From positions 9,271 to 73,270 of the forward strand of contig JADMKE010000014.1 of assembly GCA_018780035.1 (NCBI GenBank): a stretch of 64,000 nt of DNA. Direction: 5' to 3'. The position numbers and the translations under genes were made by a program. This document shows positions 10,740 to 19,452 of the stretch, one piece after another (within the stretch, counting starts at the first letter, position 1; the number at the start of each line of letters is the position of its first letter). Under the pieces are notes generated by a model. It was not told the DNA's origin and did not search any database. It saw only the letters and a list, made by a program, of their open reading frames with translations. The DNA comes from Candidatus Sericytochromatia bacterium. Its GTDB lineage: Bacteria; Cyanobacteriota; Sericytochromatia; UBA7694.

Positions 10740-11167
10740 AAAAAAATGCAAGTTTGTCTTTGTCTTTTTTTCCGCTCAAATTGGCTGCAGTTGCCGGGGT
10801 GTTAACGGCGTTCAGTGCGTTATTGGCCCAGGTACCAGCATTCACAGTCATCGTTAGGGGTCTTTTGGCTGTGTTGGTCTTTGCCCTTTTTGGCCAATTG
10901 CTGAGTTACCTCTGGCAAAGTCTGAATGCCATGGGACAAGCAAAAACAGAATCCCTCAGTGAGAACGCTCCAGAAGAGCCCAGCACAGCTCATACAGCGG
11001 CCACGCTCTCCACCCAGACCATTCCCGTCTACCCCTCCTCTGGTGGCCAAGCAGATTTAAGTGCCCTCCCCCCCTCTCACAGCCTGGAAAGCCCCAAAAC
11101 CACACTTTCATCGCAAATCCTGCCCGTATCACTGGCCGGGCAGCCACCCACAACAGGGAAAAAGTAG
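10736..11167 (+). CDS. hypothetical membrane protein
   Basis: Two hydrophobic helices and a Ser/Thr/Pro-rich tail. Its start overlaps the upstream stop by 4 nt. Confidence 0.45.
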   Translation: MKKNASLSLSFFPLKLAAVAGVLTAFSALLAQVPAFTVIVRGLLAVLVFALFGQLLSYLWQSLNAMGQAKTESLSENAPEEPSTAHTAATLSTQTIPVYPSSGGQADLSALPPSHSLESPKTTLSSQILPVSLAGQPPTTGKK

Positions 11168-11169
11168 CT

Positions 11170-11529
11170 ATGCATCAGGTTTTAATCGCCCAAGAAGCCG
11201 AATATATGCAATTATTGCTGCAAGATATCTTAGAGCGAAATGGCTTTCATATTTCTGGCACAACCGCCAACAGCGAAGCAACACTTTTAAGCTTTAAAGC
11301 AAAACGTCCAGATGTGGTGCTACTCGACCTTTCACTCCCTCCGACAGGGGGTCTGGTCTGTCTCCAGCAAATTTTAAAAGAAGAACCCCAAGCCCAAGTC
11401 ATCATCTGCTGTTCAATTGGCCAACAGGCCAAATTACTCGAGACCATGCAAGCCGGAGCCAGCGAATTTCTGGTCAAACCCTATCAAGAAGACCGGGTTC
11501 TCGATGCCATCAAAAAAGTCCTGCGCTAA
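11170..11529 (+). CDS. CheY-like receiver paralogue with degenerate acidic pocket
   Basis: The C-terminal half is near-identical to the cheY at 10020 (FLVKPYQEDRVLDAIKKVLR vs FIVKPFQEDRVIDAIKKVLR). The N-terminus is LIAQEAEYM where LVVDDAAFM is expected, so the DD pair is replaced by QE; the phospho-acceptor D in VVLLDLSLP is retained. Confidence 0.75.
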   Translation: MHQVLIAQEAEYMQLLLQDILERNGFHISGTTANSEATLLSFKAKRPDVVLLDLSLPPTGGLVCLQQILKEEPQAQVIICCSIGQQAKLLETMQAGASEFLVKPYQEDRVLDAIKKVLR

Positions 11530-11551
11530 TCGGCAATGAGAGCGCTTGGGT

Positions 11552-12922
11552 TCAGACACTGAAAACAGGTTCATCAAGAAAAGGCTGTAACTGTAAAATC
11601 AGGCGACCGAGAGAGCCTTCCAAGGTCTGTTTTTCAGGTTCTTGAAATGCCGAGAGCTTAAACACCCCTTGAATAATCCGGCACTGTTCCCGCAGAGCCG
11701 CTTTGCCCTCGTGTCCGGCAAACCAAGCATGAATTAACTCTCCATGCTGCATAAAGATCTCACCTTTTTCGTGTCTAAAAAAATCATGCACGGCAATTCG
11801 GCAGGATTGGCGCGAGCCCCCCAAAACCTGAAGCACGTCCAATAAAAGCAGATCTTTGAGTTCACCGCTAAAGCGCTGGTCAAAAAATTGATGATGAACC
11901 CAGGTTTCTAGTTCCTGTTGTTGATCTGGCAAAGAGAAAAAACCGACCATCTGGGGCCAACGCAAACAGCTAAACAACTCTGAAGACAAAATGGTGCCGA
12001 ATAAAATTACAGGGCCTTTATACACCAAGCGCAACCAGCGAAAAAACTGGAATGGATTGTCTTCAAGCAGGTCTGTATGCAGAAAGATCAAATCGGGAAC
12101 CTGATTTTGCAGCTCTTTTTCGAGCTCCCCCAAAGAACAAGTCAGCAATTGCTGCTGGGCTGCAGCAAAGCGCTTTGTGAGTGCCGTTTTTAATTCCGAC
12201 CTGGGTTCACAGAGTACAAACCGGGCAGGCTGGAAAAGATTTTCCCCCTCTATTTTCTGCTGATCTAAATGCAGCGCTGAATTGGCCATCAGATGGTTCA
12301 TGGGCATCTCGATGGAATAATATTCAGGCTTTGCCAACTCAGCTTCAGAGAAAAAGCCACTTTTCATCTTCATGACGGCATAAAAGGCCTCTTCTCCATG
12401 CAACTGGTCAAACACAGCGTGGCGAATATGGCCCTGTTCAAAGAACAAAAGCCCCTCACGTGCGGTTTCGGGCTCAGCCAGATAGAGATGCCTTTCGCGC
12501 TGAGACAAAGCCACCAATTGGTTTAAGTCAAACAAATTCAAGCGTGAGAAATGGTAATGTAAACCGGTATAGGCCTGAGCCAAGGCACAGATTTGAGCCG
12601 CCAGAGCAGGCATATCAAAGCTTTCAGCCGGGAAAACGCTCAGCTGTCGATTGCGCTCCACCCGTTCGTTTTCAGGGGCCATTAGTAAAATCTGGGTGGC
12701 CGGAAAATGGGTATTTAAAACCCGAATACTTTTGTTGAAGCGATCTCCCCAAAAGGGAAGATCTGCCAAAACAATCTGAAAAGACTGCTCTTTTAAAAGT
12801 GCAAAGACCGTCTCAGGCGAATCTGCCACCGCTGTTTCAAATTTTGCGGGAGACAAAAAGTGATGAAACATATCTCTTTTTAAAGGGGATTGAACTGCGA
12901 TCAAAACAGAAATAAGGGGCAT
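11552..12922 (-). CDS. DUF4388-domain regulatory protein with N-terminal receiver-like fold
   Basis: N-terminus ISVLIAVQS...QIVLADLPF is receiver-like without the canonical DD. DUF4388-like segments are present: LLLDVLQVLGGSRQSCRIAVH...GEIFMQHGELIHAWFAGHEGKAALRE. Confidence 0.7.
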   Translation of the reverse strand: MPLISVLIAVQSPLKRDMFHHFLSPAKFETAVADSPETVFALLKEQSFQIVLADLPFWGDRFNKSIRVLNTHFPATQILLMAPENERVERNRQLSVFPAESFDMPALAAQICALAQAYTGLHYHFSRLNLFDLNQLVALSQRERHLYLAEPETAREGLLFFEQGHIRHAVFDQLHGEEAFYAVMKMKSGFFSEAELAKPEYYSIEMPMNHLMANSALHLDQQKIEGENLFQPARFVLCEPRSELKTALTKRFAAAQQQLLTCSLGELEKELQNQVPDLIFLHTDLLEDNPFQFFRWLRLVYKGPVILFGTILSSELFSCLRWPQMVGFFSLPDQQQELETWVHHQFFDQRFSGELKDLLLLDVLQVLGGSRQSCRIAVHDFFRHEKGEIFMQHGELIHAWFAGHEGKAALREQCRIIQGVFKLSAFQEPEKQTLEGSLGRLILQLQPFLDEPVFSV

Positions 12923-12974
12923 AACAATCTTTCTAAAGATAAATATTGATTTTTAAATCAAAGTGGCGGGGAGA

Positions 12975-13100
12975 ATCCAAAAAATAACGGGTGATGGCCT
13001 GACTGTATTCATCTTAAAAAATATTTGATTTTTTTTCAAATCAGATTTTCCCAAGAAAGAGATTGTTTTGATCTTAAAATCGCTGCGTAATTCTGATTCC
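12975..13100. promoter_or_regulatory. divergent promoter region with two inverted-repeat motifs TTGATTT-N-AAATCA
   Basis: The motifs are aatattgatttttaaatcaaag and atatttgattttttttcaaatcag. They lie between the DUF4388 gene on the minus strand and fliA on the plus strand. Confidence 0.4.
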
Positions 13101-13205
13101 CAGGCCCAATTGATCCGCGGCATACCTTTATCGGCAAAAATTTAGCTCAAGAGAGCCACATCCAACAGTGCAACGCTCTGCCCTGACCTGGAAGATCAGG
13201 CTATA

Positions 13206-13979
13206 ATGCCAATTATGTCGCACACGCCACAAGAACTCGCCGCTTTTTGGCAGGATTATCTGCACCAGGGCCAAGCCCAGGCCCGAGACCAGCTGATTAC
13301 CCATTATCTGTATCTGGTGCGTTATGCTGTTTCGCGCATGTTGGTGCAATTGCCGCCCCACCTAGACGCCGATGATCTGATTGGCTATGGCCTGATGGGC
13401 CTGATTCAATCGGTCGAAAAATTTGATCCCGAGCGCGGGGTGCGCTTTGAAACCTATGCCATGACCCGCATTCGCGGCGCCATTCTGGATGAATTGCGTG
13501 CGATGGATTGGATGCCGCGTTCGCTGCGGCGCAAAGCCAAAGAGGTCGAGCAGGCCATTCGCAGCCTCGAAAACCGCACAGGCAAACCCGCCCAAGAAGA
13601 AGAGTTGGCCGCTGAATTGGGCATCGAAGTCGAAGAATTACACCAAATCCTGACCGACACCTCGTATCTGGTCGTCTCGTTGGACTATTTGCTCTCACCC
13701 GATAGCAATCTCAAAAACTGGGAAGAGAGCCTGCCCGATACCCGCGAGTCGAGCGACCCCACCTTGGCCGTGGACAAACAGGCCCAGCAACAGTCTTTGC
13801 AACAGGCTCTGGCGACCTTGCCCGAACGCGAACAAAAGCTGATCAGCCTGTATTATTTTGAAGGCCTGACCATGAAAGAAATAGGCAGGGTCCTGCAATT
13901 GACCGAAGCGCGCATTTGCCAGCTCCACGCCCAGTCGATTCACCGTTTAAAGGCCCGCATGCAAAATTTATTGGCTTGA
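13206..13979 (+). CDS. fliA: flagellar sigma factor sigma-28 (FliA/WhiG family)
   Basis: The sigma-70 r2 motif is LITHYLYLVRYAVSR...DLIGYGLMGLIQSVEKFDPERGVRFETYAMTRIRGAILDELR. The r4 helix-turn-helix is LTMKEIGRVLQLTEARICQLHAQ. Confidence 0.9.
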   Translation: MPIMSHTPQELAAFWQDYLHQGQAQARDQLITHYLYLVRYAVSRMLVQLPPHLDADDLIGYGLMGLIQSVEKFDPERGVRFETYAMTRIRGAILDELRAMDWMPRSLRRKAKEVEQAIRSLENRTGKPAQEEELAAELGIEVEELHQILTDTSYLVVSLDYLLSPDSNLKNWEESLPDTRESSDPTLAVDKQAQQQSLQQALATLPEREQKLISLYYFEGLTMKEIGRVLQLTEARICQLHAQSIHRLKARMQNLLA

Positions 13980-13984
13980 AACGG

Positions 13985-14197
13985 GGAAACAGCCTCTGTA
14001 TATATTGATTAATCTTTAATAGTGTGATATACGTATACGCGTGCATACTATACACAAAATCATCTGGATTGCTAATTTTCAATAATAATTTAATACCAAA
14101 TTAAATATAAGGAATGAGATTCAAAATTGTTGAACATTAGACAAGAATCACATCCTAAACGCTATTCTCGAATACATTCCTCACAAGGTAAAATCCA
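13985..14197. promoter_or_regulatory. AT-rich leader of the island with ~33 bp dyad-symmetric element (TATACGTATA / ACGCGT / GTATAC)
   Basis: The element is gtgtgatatacgtatacgcgtgcatactatacac at ~14023..14056, inside an extremely AT-rich 200 bp stretch upstream of the methyltransferase. Confidence 0.35.
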
Positions 14198-17100
14198 GTG
14201 TCAAAGCCATTAACAGCACTATACAAGGAACTCGATTTTTTAAATGGTGCTCTGTATACAGCTTCCGATACACCCTTAAAAGAGGTAAGTCCCCTTGAAT
14301 GGGTTGAAAAAGGCGAATGGTTAGCAGCAGCCAAAAGAGCTGGGGCAGAAAAAATCTTCTTTATTGAGAATAACCCAGTCGTTGTGTTTGCTGAGTGCGA
14401 TTCTGCTCCTGAAGAAAAGATCAAAGCCTTTAACCGAATCTGGAGTCTTGCTCGACCACGTTTATTATTTCTAGCCTCTCCCACTGAGATTACAGTATTA
14501 GATTTAGCCCAAGAACCCATTTTAGGTAATAAGCCGAATGAAAAAAACCGAAGCCTTAAAAGCTTGGCCACGCTTCAAGACATTTCCAAAATTGCCATTG
14601 AACTCCAAGCCTTCCATCGGAATAATGTTGAGTCGGGCAAGGTTTTTGGAGAAGAGCTTTTTGGTGATTTAAAGCATCGTGCAGATCAGGCTCTTATACA
14701 TGATATCAAAGCCGTTCGATTTGAATTGCTTGCTGCTGGTTTGCCCGTAAAGTATGCCCATGCATTGATAGGGCGCTCAATCTTTATTCGTTATTTAGAA
14801 GACAGGGGAATTCTAACAAAAGAATATTTTTTGAGTGTAGCAAAAAATAATGCCGAATGGTCAGCCTTGCTAAGTAAAGAGTATGTAGGATTGGGAGTAG
14901 ATCTATCCGAACAAGAAGTTTATTATCCTCGTGTATTATCTTCAAAATCGTTCTCGTATGCTTTATTCAAACAGTTAGCCCATGATTTTAATGGGGATAT
15001 GTTTCCCGACATTCAAGAAGAAGAGCAAGCTATCACAGAAAAGCAATTAGAACTTATTCAAGGTCTACTTTATGGAGAGGTGGGTCGGCAAAAAAAATTA
15101 TTTTTCTTTTCCTATCGATTCGACATAATCCCTCTTGATCTGATCAGTTCTATTTATGAAGAGTTTTACCATTTAGCCCTTAGCCCTGAAAACAAAAAAA
15201 ACAACGCGCGGCAAGATGGGGCATATTACACACCGCCTGTTTTAGTAGAGTTTTTGCTGGCTAGAATTTTAGATCCTGAGACCCTTGAAAAGAGTCCACG
15301 TATTTTAGACCCGGCTTGTGGATCGGGTATTTTCCTTGTTGAAGCCTTTCGCAGAATTGTTAGGTATGATTGGCATAAAAAGAATAAACGCCTGGATTTA
15401 AGTGAACTCAAATCAATTCTGAAAAATCAGATTGCTGGCATTGAAATCAATGGTGAAGCAGCCCGTATTACAGCATTTAGTCTATACCTAGCTACACTAC
15501 ATTATCTTGATCCACCCTCCATCATGGGGCAAATTAAGAGCGGCCAGAAACTGCCTAATTTATTAGTCTCGAATACAGTATCACCCAATCACTTTAACTG
15601 TATCTGGGCAGAAAAAAATGCTTTTAATTCTCAGGAGATAACAGAAAACCAACCTCTATTAGAAAAATTTTGCTCTGGAACCACTGACATCGTTATTGGC
15701 AACCCGCCATGGGGAGCACCAGGTAATAAAGCTGATAAAAAAACAAAAGCCCGCGAAAACACTATGTTGGATTGGTGTAAAAGTAATTCTAGACCTATTG
15801 GAGACAAAGAGCCTTCTCAAGCCTTTATCTGGCGAGCCTTTGATTTTGCTAAAGTTGGTGGAAAGGTTGCGCTACTTGTATCTGCCGGTGTTTTGTTCAA
15901 ACACGGGACAACTACCCAGGAATTTCGTGAAAAATGGTTGGATTCTGTACACTTAAATGAAGTATTCAACTTTAGTCATGTACGCAAATTCTTTTTTAAT
16001 GGTGCAGTGTCTCCTTTTGTAGGAATTACATTCACTAAACAAGCGCTCTGTAAAGAAAACGAAAATGTCACCTATTATTGGTCTGCAAAGCAGGTTAACA
16101 CTTTAACCAAAACACAAGCTGTCGTGTTTTCAAAATATGATGTTCATCTTCTAAAAAATGAAGATCTGAGTTCAAATATTAGTTGGAAAACATACTGGTT
16201 TGGCCGTTCTGAAGATCTAACGTTAATTAAATTGCTATTGTCTAAAAAATCATTATCTGAGTTTATCGAGCATGCGGGAAGGGGTTATGAGATTGCATCT
16301 AAAACCGAAAATGCCTCAGTGCTAGCAAAATATAATGCTCTTGATATCCGCTCCTTCTCTCGCTATGACGCAATATCTTTTACTTCCCCTCCAGAACGAG
16401 TTTATAGATTCGGAAACACCGCACTTTACTCTGGCAAACGGATTTTGGTAAAAAGAGGGATTAGCGAAAACAGTGAACCAAAAGGCCAAATTACGGCAAG
16501 GTATGAAGAAGACGATTTTTGTTTCAGAAATGCAATTCACGGCATTAAATTACTGGATGACCAAGAATGGCAATACAAAGTCTTATTAGGCATTCTTTGG
16601 TCATCCCTCACAAGATACTTTTTTTTCATGGTTTCGTCTAATTGGGGGCTCTGGCATCATGAAATACACCTGAAAGATGAATTGTTAAAGCTTCCGGTCG
16701 TGCTTGATAATACACACCCGGCTACCAGCAAAATTATTGCTATTGTGGATTCTCTCCGGAACTCTAAAACCGCTGAGAACAGTCTGTTAGATCGTTTGGC
16801 CGATAATTACCTTGAAATGCAGATAAAACGCAATCAATGGGAAGAGGAGCTTGATCAAGCTGTTTTCCAACTTTATGGACTGAACAATGAGCATCAAGAT
16901 TTGATTAGAGATTTTTGTGAGATCACATTACCCTATTTGTATCAACCTTTTACCTCTGAAGGTATTGCCCCTGTTACTGAACGAGATAATGAGTCTTCGT
17001 TAAAAGAGTATATTCAATTATTTTCGAGACGCTGGAACGCATATCTAAACGAAGATGAAGAAATGAGAGCAACCATTCATATTGGTGCTGACAATAACTT

Positions 17101-17392
17101 AGTCGCATTAGAATTCTTTCCATCTGAAAAAGGTGATAGTTGGGACTTTACGCCACACTATAATACTTGGGGAGATGTTCTTAAGGAAATGGGCAAGTCT
17201 TTGCATAACCCACTTGGAAATTCACAAATTGTTTTAGAGGGCATTGTTCATGCTGTCACCGATGATGCAATTATTATCATCAAAAGGAATGAAAAACGTT
17301 TCTGGACAAATAGCTTAGCAAGAGAAGATGCTGATGCTACCCTTTGCAAACGTATGCTTGCCGATAATATAAGGAGCAAAATAGAGGTTTAA
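14198..17392 (+). CDS. large gamma-class N6-adenine DNA methyltransferase, PglX/MmeI/Type IIG-like (no recognisable N-terminal nuclease or ATPase)
   Basis: GTG start. In order: helical-region motif FDIIPLDLISSIYEEF; motif X QDGAYYTPPVLVEFL; motif I ILDPACGSGIFLVEAF; motif IV TDIVIGNPPWGAP. Roughly 550 aa follow after NPPW, which is a candidate TRD. No Walker A motif. Composition is visibly AT-rich compared with flanks. Confidence 0.85.
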   Translation: MSKPLTALYKELDFLNGALYTASDTPLKEVSPLEWVEKGEWLAAAKRAGAEKIFFIENNPVVVFAECDSAPEEKIKAFNRIWSLARPRLLFLASPTEITVLDLAQEPILGNKPNEKNRSLKSLATLQDISKIAIELQAFHRNNVESGKVFGEELFGDLKHRADQALIHDIKAVRFELLAAGLPVKYAHALIGRSIFIRYLEDRGILTKEYFLSVAKNNAEWSALLSKEYVGLGVDLSEQEVYYPRVLSSKSFSYALFKQLAHDFNGDMFPDIQEEEQAITEKQLELIQGLLYGEVGRQKKLFFFSYRFDIIPLDLISSIYEEFYHLALSPENKKNNARQDGAYYTPPVLVEFLLARILDPETLEKSPRILDPACGSGIFLVEAFRRIVRYDWHKKNKRLDLSELKSILKNQIAGIEINGEAARITAFSLYLATLHYLDPPSIMGQIKSGQKLPNLLVSNTVSPNHFNCIWAEKNAFNSQEITENQPLLEKFCSGTTDIVIGNPPWGAPGNKADKKTKARENTMLDWCKSNSRPIGDKEPSQAFIWRAFDFAKVGGKVALLVSAGVLFKHGTTTQEFREKWLDSVHLNEVFNFSHVRKFFFNGAVSPFVGITFTKQALCKENENVTYYWSAKQVNTLTKTQAVVFSKYDVHLLKNEDLSSNISWKTYWFGRSEDLTLIKLLLSKKSLSEFIEHAGRGYEIASKTENASVLAKYNALDIRSFSRYDAISFTSPPERVYRFGNTALYSGKRILVKRGISENSEPKGQITARYEEDDFCFRNAIHGIKLLDDQEWQYKVLLGILWSSLTRYFFFMVSSNWGLWHHEIHLKDELLKLPVVLDNTHPATSKIIAIVDSLRNSKTAENSLLDRLADNYLEMQIKRNQWEEELDQAVFQLYGLNNEHQDLIRDFCEITLPYLYQPFTSEGIAPVTERDNESSLKEYIQLFSRRWNAYLNEDEEMRATIHIGADNNLVALEFFPSEKGDSWDFTPHYNTWGDVLKEMGKSLHNPLGNSQIVLEGIVHAVTDDAIIIIKRNEKRFWTNSLAREDADATLCKRMLADNIRSKIEV

Positions 17393-18072
17393 TGGCACGT
17401 AAAGCACTGCCCTCTTTTTCTGCCTTATGGGAAAAACATGAAGAAATTTATACAGGAGTGTTTAAGGCCGCTCTTCAAAGGTTGTCTGAAAAACATTTAG
17501 ATCTCTCACATGAAGATCGGATATCCGAACAGCTTTGCTTAATATTAAATCAGGTCTGTTATGAGATAAGTAATCCTGAGAGAGAAGTTCCAAATCCAAT
17601 TTGGGAAAATCCAATCCATCCTGTATCAGAGGACGAGCTTACAAATGGACGAAGCAACAAAAGGCCTGATTTTACTTGCAAGAAAGTAAACAGCTTTGCA
17701 ATAGATCCTAGCGAACATGAAATTAGTTTTCATATTGAATGTAAACGGCTAGGAAGCCCGACAAGTAGAACATGGGTTCTAAACGAAAGATATGTTACGA
17801 ATGGTATTGCACGTTTTGACTCAGCGCATGAATATGGTAAACGCGCAAATTCTGGCATGATGGTTGGCTATATTATCGATATGGAAGCAGACCAAATACT
17901 GGCAGAAGTAAATCAACATCAAAAACGTCATCTATCACATAACCCGACACTATCGTTTAACTTTGATGGAAACAAAGTAAGTACAGCGGTACAAAATTTG
18001 CAAAGACAAAATGTCCTTCCTCAAAGATTTAGGCTTTCGCATCTTTGGGTTGATTTAAAGACCTGCGCATAG
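17392..18072 (+). CDS. PD-(D/E)xK-like putative restriction-endonuclease-fold protein, translationally coupled to the methyltransferase
   Basis: TAATG stop/start overlap with the methyltransferase. Motif: KRPDFTCKK...EISFHIECKRLG, i.e. PD ... ExK. A diverged paralogue is at 63003..63674. Confidence 0.7.
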   Translation: MARKALPSFSALWEKHEEIYTGVFKAALQRLSEKHLDLSHEDRISEQLCLILNQVCYEISNPEREVPNPIWENPIHPVSEDELTNGRSNKRPDFTCKKVNSFAIDPSEHEISFHIECKRLGSPTSRTWVLNERYVTNGIARFDSAHEYGKRANSGMMVGYIIDMEADQILAEVNQHQKRHLSHNPTLSFNFDGNKVSTAVQNLQRQNVLPQRFRLSHLWVDLKTCA

Positions 18073-18273
18073 ACGCTAAATATGGTGAATTTCCTTCGCT
18101 ATTATGAAAAAGAATGACGAATAAACATGTTATCAATCAACAGTATCGCTGGAAGCGTTAAAAGCAGAAACAGCTCACGAATCTGAGTCTGTAACAGGGC
18201 TTAGGTGCGTTGGTTTGGTATCAATCGCAGTATAATAGCCGCAGCACTTACTCAGATAGAAAAGGAAACCCCC

Positions 18274-18579
18274 ATGTTTGTGATCACCAATCAACTCTCT
18301 GTCAAACCTGAATTTGCCGAAGCCATCGAAAAAGCCTTTTTGGAAAATATTGAGGGGATACAAGCCCTACCAGGTTTTCAAGGCTTTCGCTTTTTAAGAC
18401 CCCTGACCCCCGAAACCACGCCATTTCTGGTTGAAACAACCTGGGCAGATCAGGCCGCTTTTGAGAATTGGAAACAATCGGACCATTTTAAACAGAGCCA
18501 CAGCGGCATGGGCCAATTTCGCGAGGCCTTTTACGCTCCGCCCAAAATGGGTCAATACAGCCTGAGTCACAGCATCTAA
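18274..18579 (+). CDS. ABM-domain (antibiotic biosynthesis monooxygenase-like, dimeric alpha+beta barrel) protein
   Basis: MFVITNQLSVKPEFAEAIEKAF...GFQGFRFLRP...WADQAAFENWKQSDHFKQSH. An RBS aaaggaaac lies 8 nt upstream of the ATG at 18274. The track ORF started earlier, at 18205. Confidence 0.65.
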   Translation: MFVITNQLSVKPEFAEAIEKAFLENIEGIQALPGFQGFRFLRPLTPETTPFLVETTWADQAAFENWKQSDHFKQSHSGMGQFREAFYAPPKMGQYSLSHSI

Positions 18580-18593
18580 ACGGGTTTAACCGT

Positions 18594-19445
18594 TTAGATT
18601 AAGAGCAGAATTCGCTCGCGGTATTCTGCCGGAATCAGGCGCTGGATGTGGTATTTGATCTCTTGGCGGGTATAACGCATGGAAAAATGCATCAAGACGA
18701 TATATTCGCTGCGGATATACGGCAGATAATTGACCAGATCGCGCAGATGAATGTGCTTGCGCTTGTGGGCCTCTTCGTAATGGTCATCAGCCAAAAAAGT
18801 GCATTCGGTGATCAGGATTTCGGTCTCCATGATCTCCGGGTGCCACTCAAAGACCTTGATCGTAGAATCACCGACATAGGCCATGCGTGACATGCTGACC
18901 GGGTAGACAATTTCTTTGCCTGCGCGTTTGAGCGCCACGATCTCCTGTTGATTCAACCCCACATATTCGGGTTTGAGCTTGGAGCGGGTTTCGATCACCT
19001 CAAAGCCCACCGAGGGAATGCGGTGATCTGTACCAAAAATCCGCATCTGCATCTGGCGTTTAAAATCCACCATCATGCCGGGCTCAACCGGGATCAGCTC
19101 ATAATCACGGCGGGCCTGTTCGAGCGCCGCCTGGGAGCGAATCAAGGCATGGGCGGCATCCAAAGCCGAAGCGGGCACATAGATCTTGCCGGTTTCGAGC
19201 TTGGCCAAATTGCGGTGGGCAATATAATAGGTCATGCCCAGACTGTGATCTCCATGAAAATGGGAGATAAAGATCTGGGGCACAAAGACCAAGTGCATGG
19301 GGCACTTGCCCACGTCAAAGCAAATATTCAGCTCTTTGACTTTGAGGTAGGTTTCAATCGTGCTGCGAGAATAACCTTCAAGGGTAAAAGGGCCACAGAG
19401 CAGCTCCGTGGCATGAGAGGGTGAATGAATGGGCCGATTCTCCTG
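18594..19445 (-). CDS. rnz: ribonuclease Z (tRNase Z, metallo-beta-lactamase fold); start codon uncertain
   Basis: HFHGDHSLG (the HxHxDH motif), AYVGDS, and the C-terminal HFSMRY signature. The in-frame upstream region to 19445 encodes a conserved-looking ...NICFDVGK beta-strand region but contains no ATG/GTG/TTG. GTG at 19313 is the first canonical start. Confidence 0.75.
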   Translation of the reverse strand, partial: QENRPIHSPSHATELLCGPFTLEGYSRSTIETYLKVKELNICFDVGKCPMHLVFVPQIFISHFHGDHSLGMTYYIAHRNLAKLETGKIYVPASALDAAHALIRSQAALEQARRDYELIPVEPGMMVDFKRQMQMRIFGTDHRIPSVGFEVIETRSKLKPEYVGLNQQEIVALKRAGKEIVYPVSMSRMAYVGDSTIKVFEWHPEIMETEILITECTFLADDHYEEAHKRKHIHLRDLVNYLPYIRSEYIVLMHFSMRYTRQEIKYHIQRLIPAEYRERILLLI

Positions 19446-19452
19446 CTAAGCG

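Noticed and set aside
13297-14082. Several minus-strand ORFs overlapping fliA
   Set aside because: They are antisense to a gene with clear sigma-70 region 2/4 motifs. No signals of their own.
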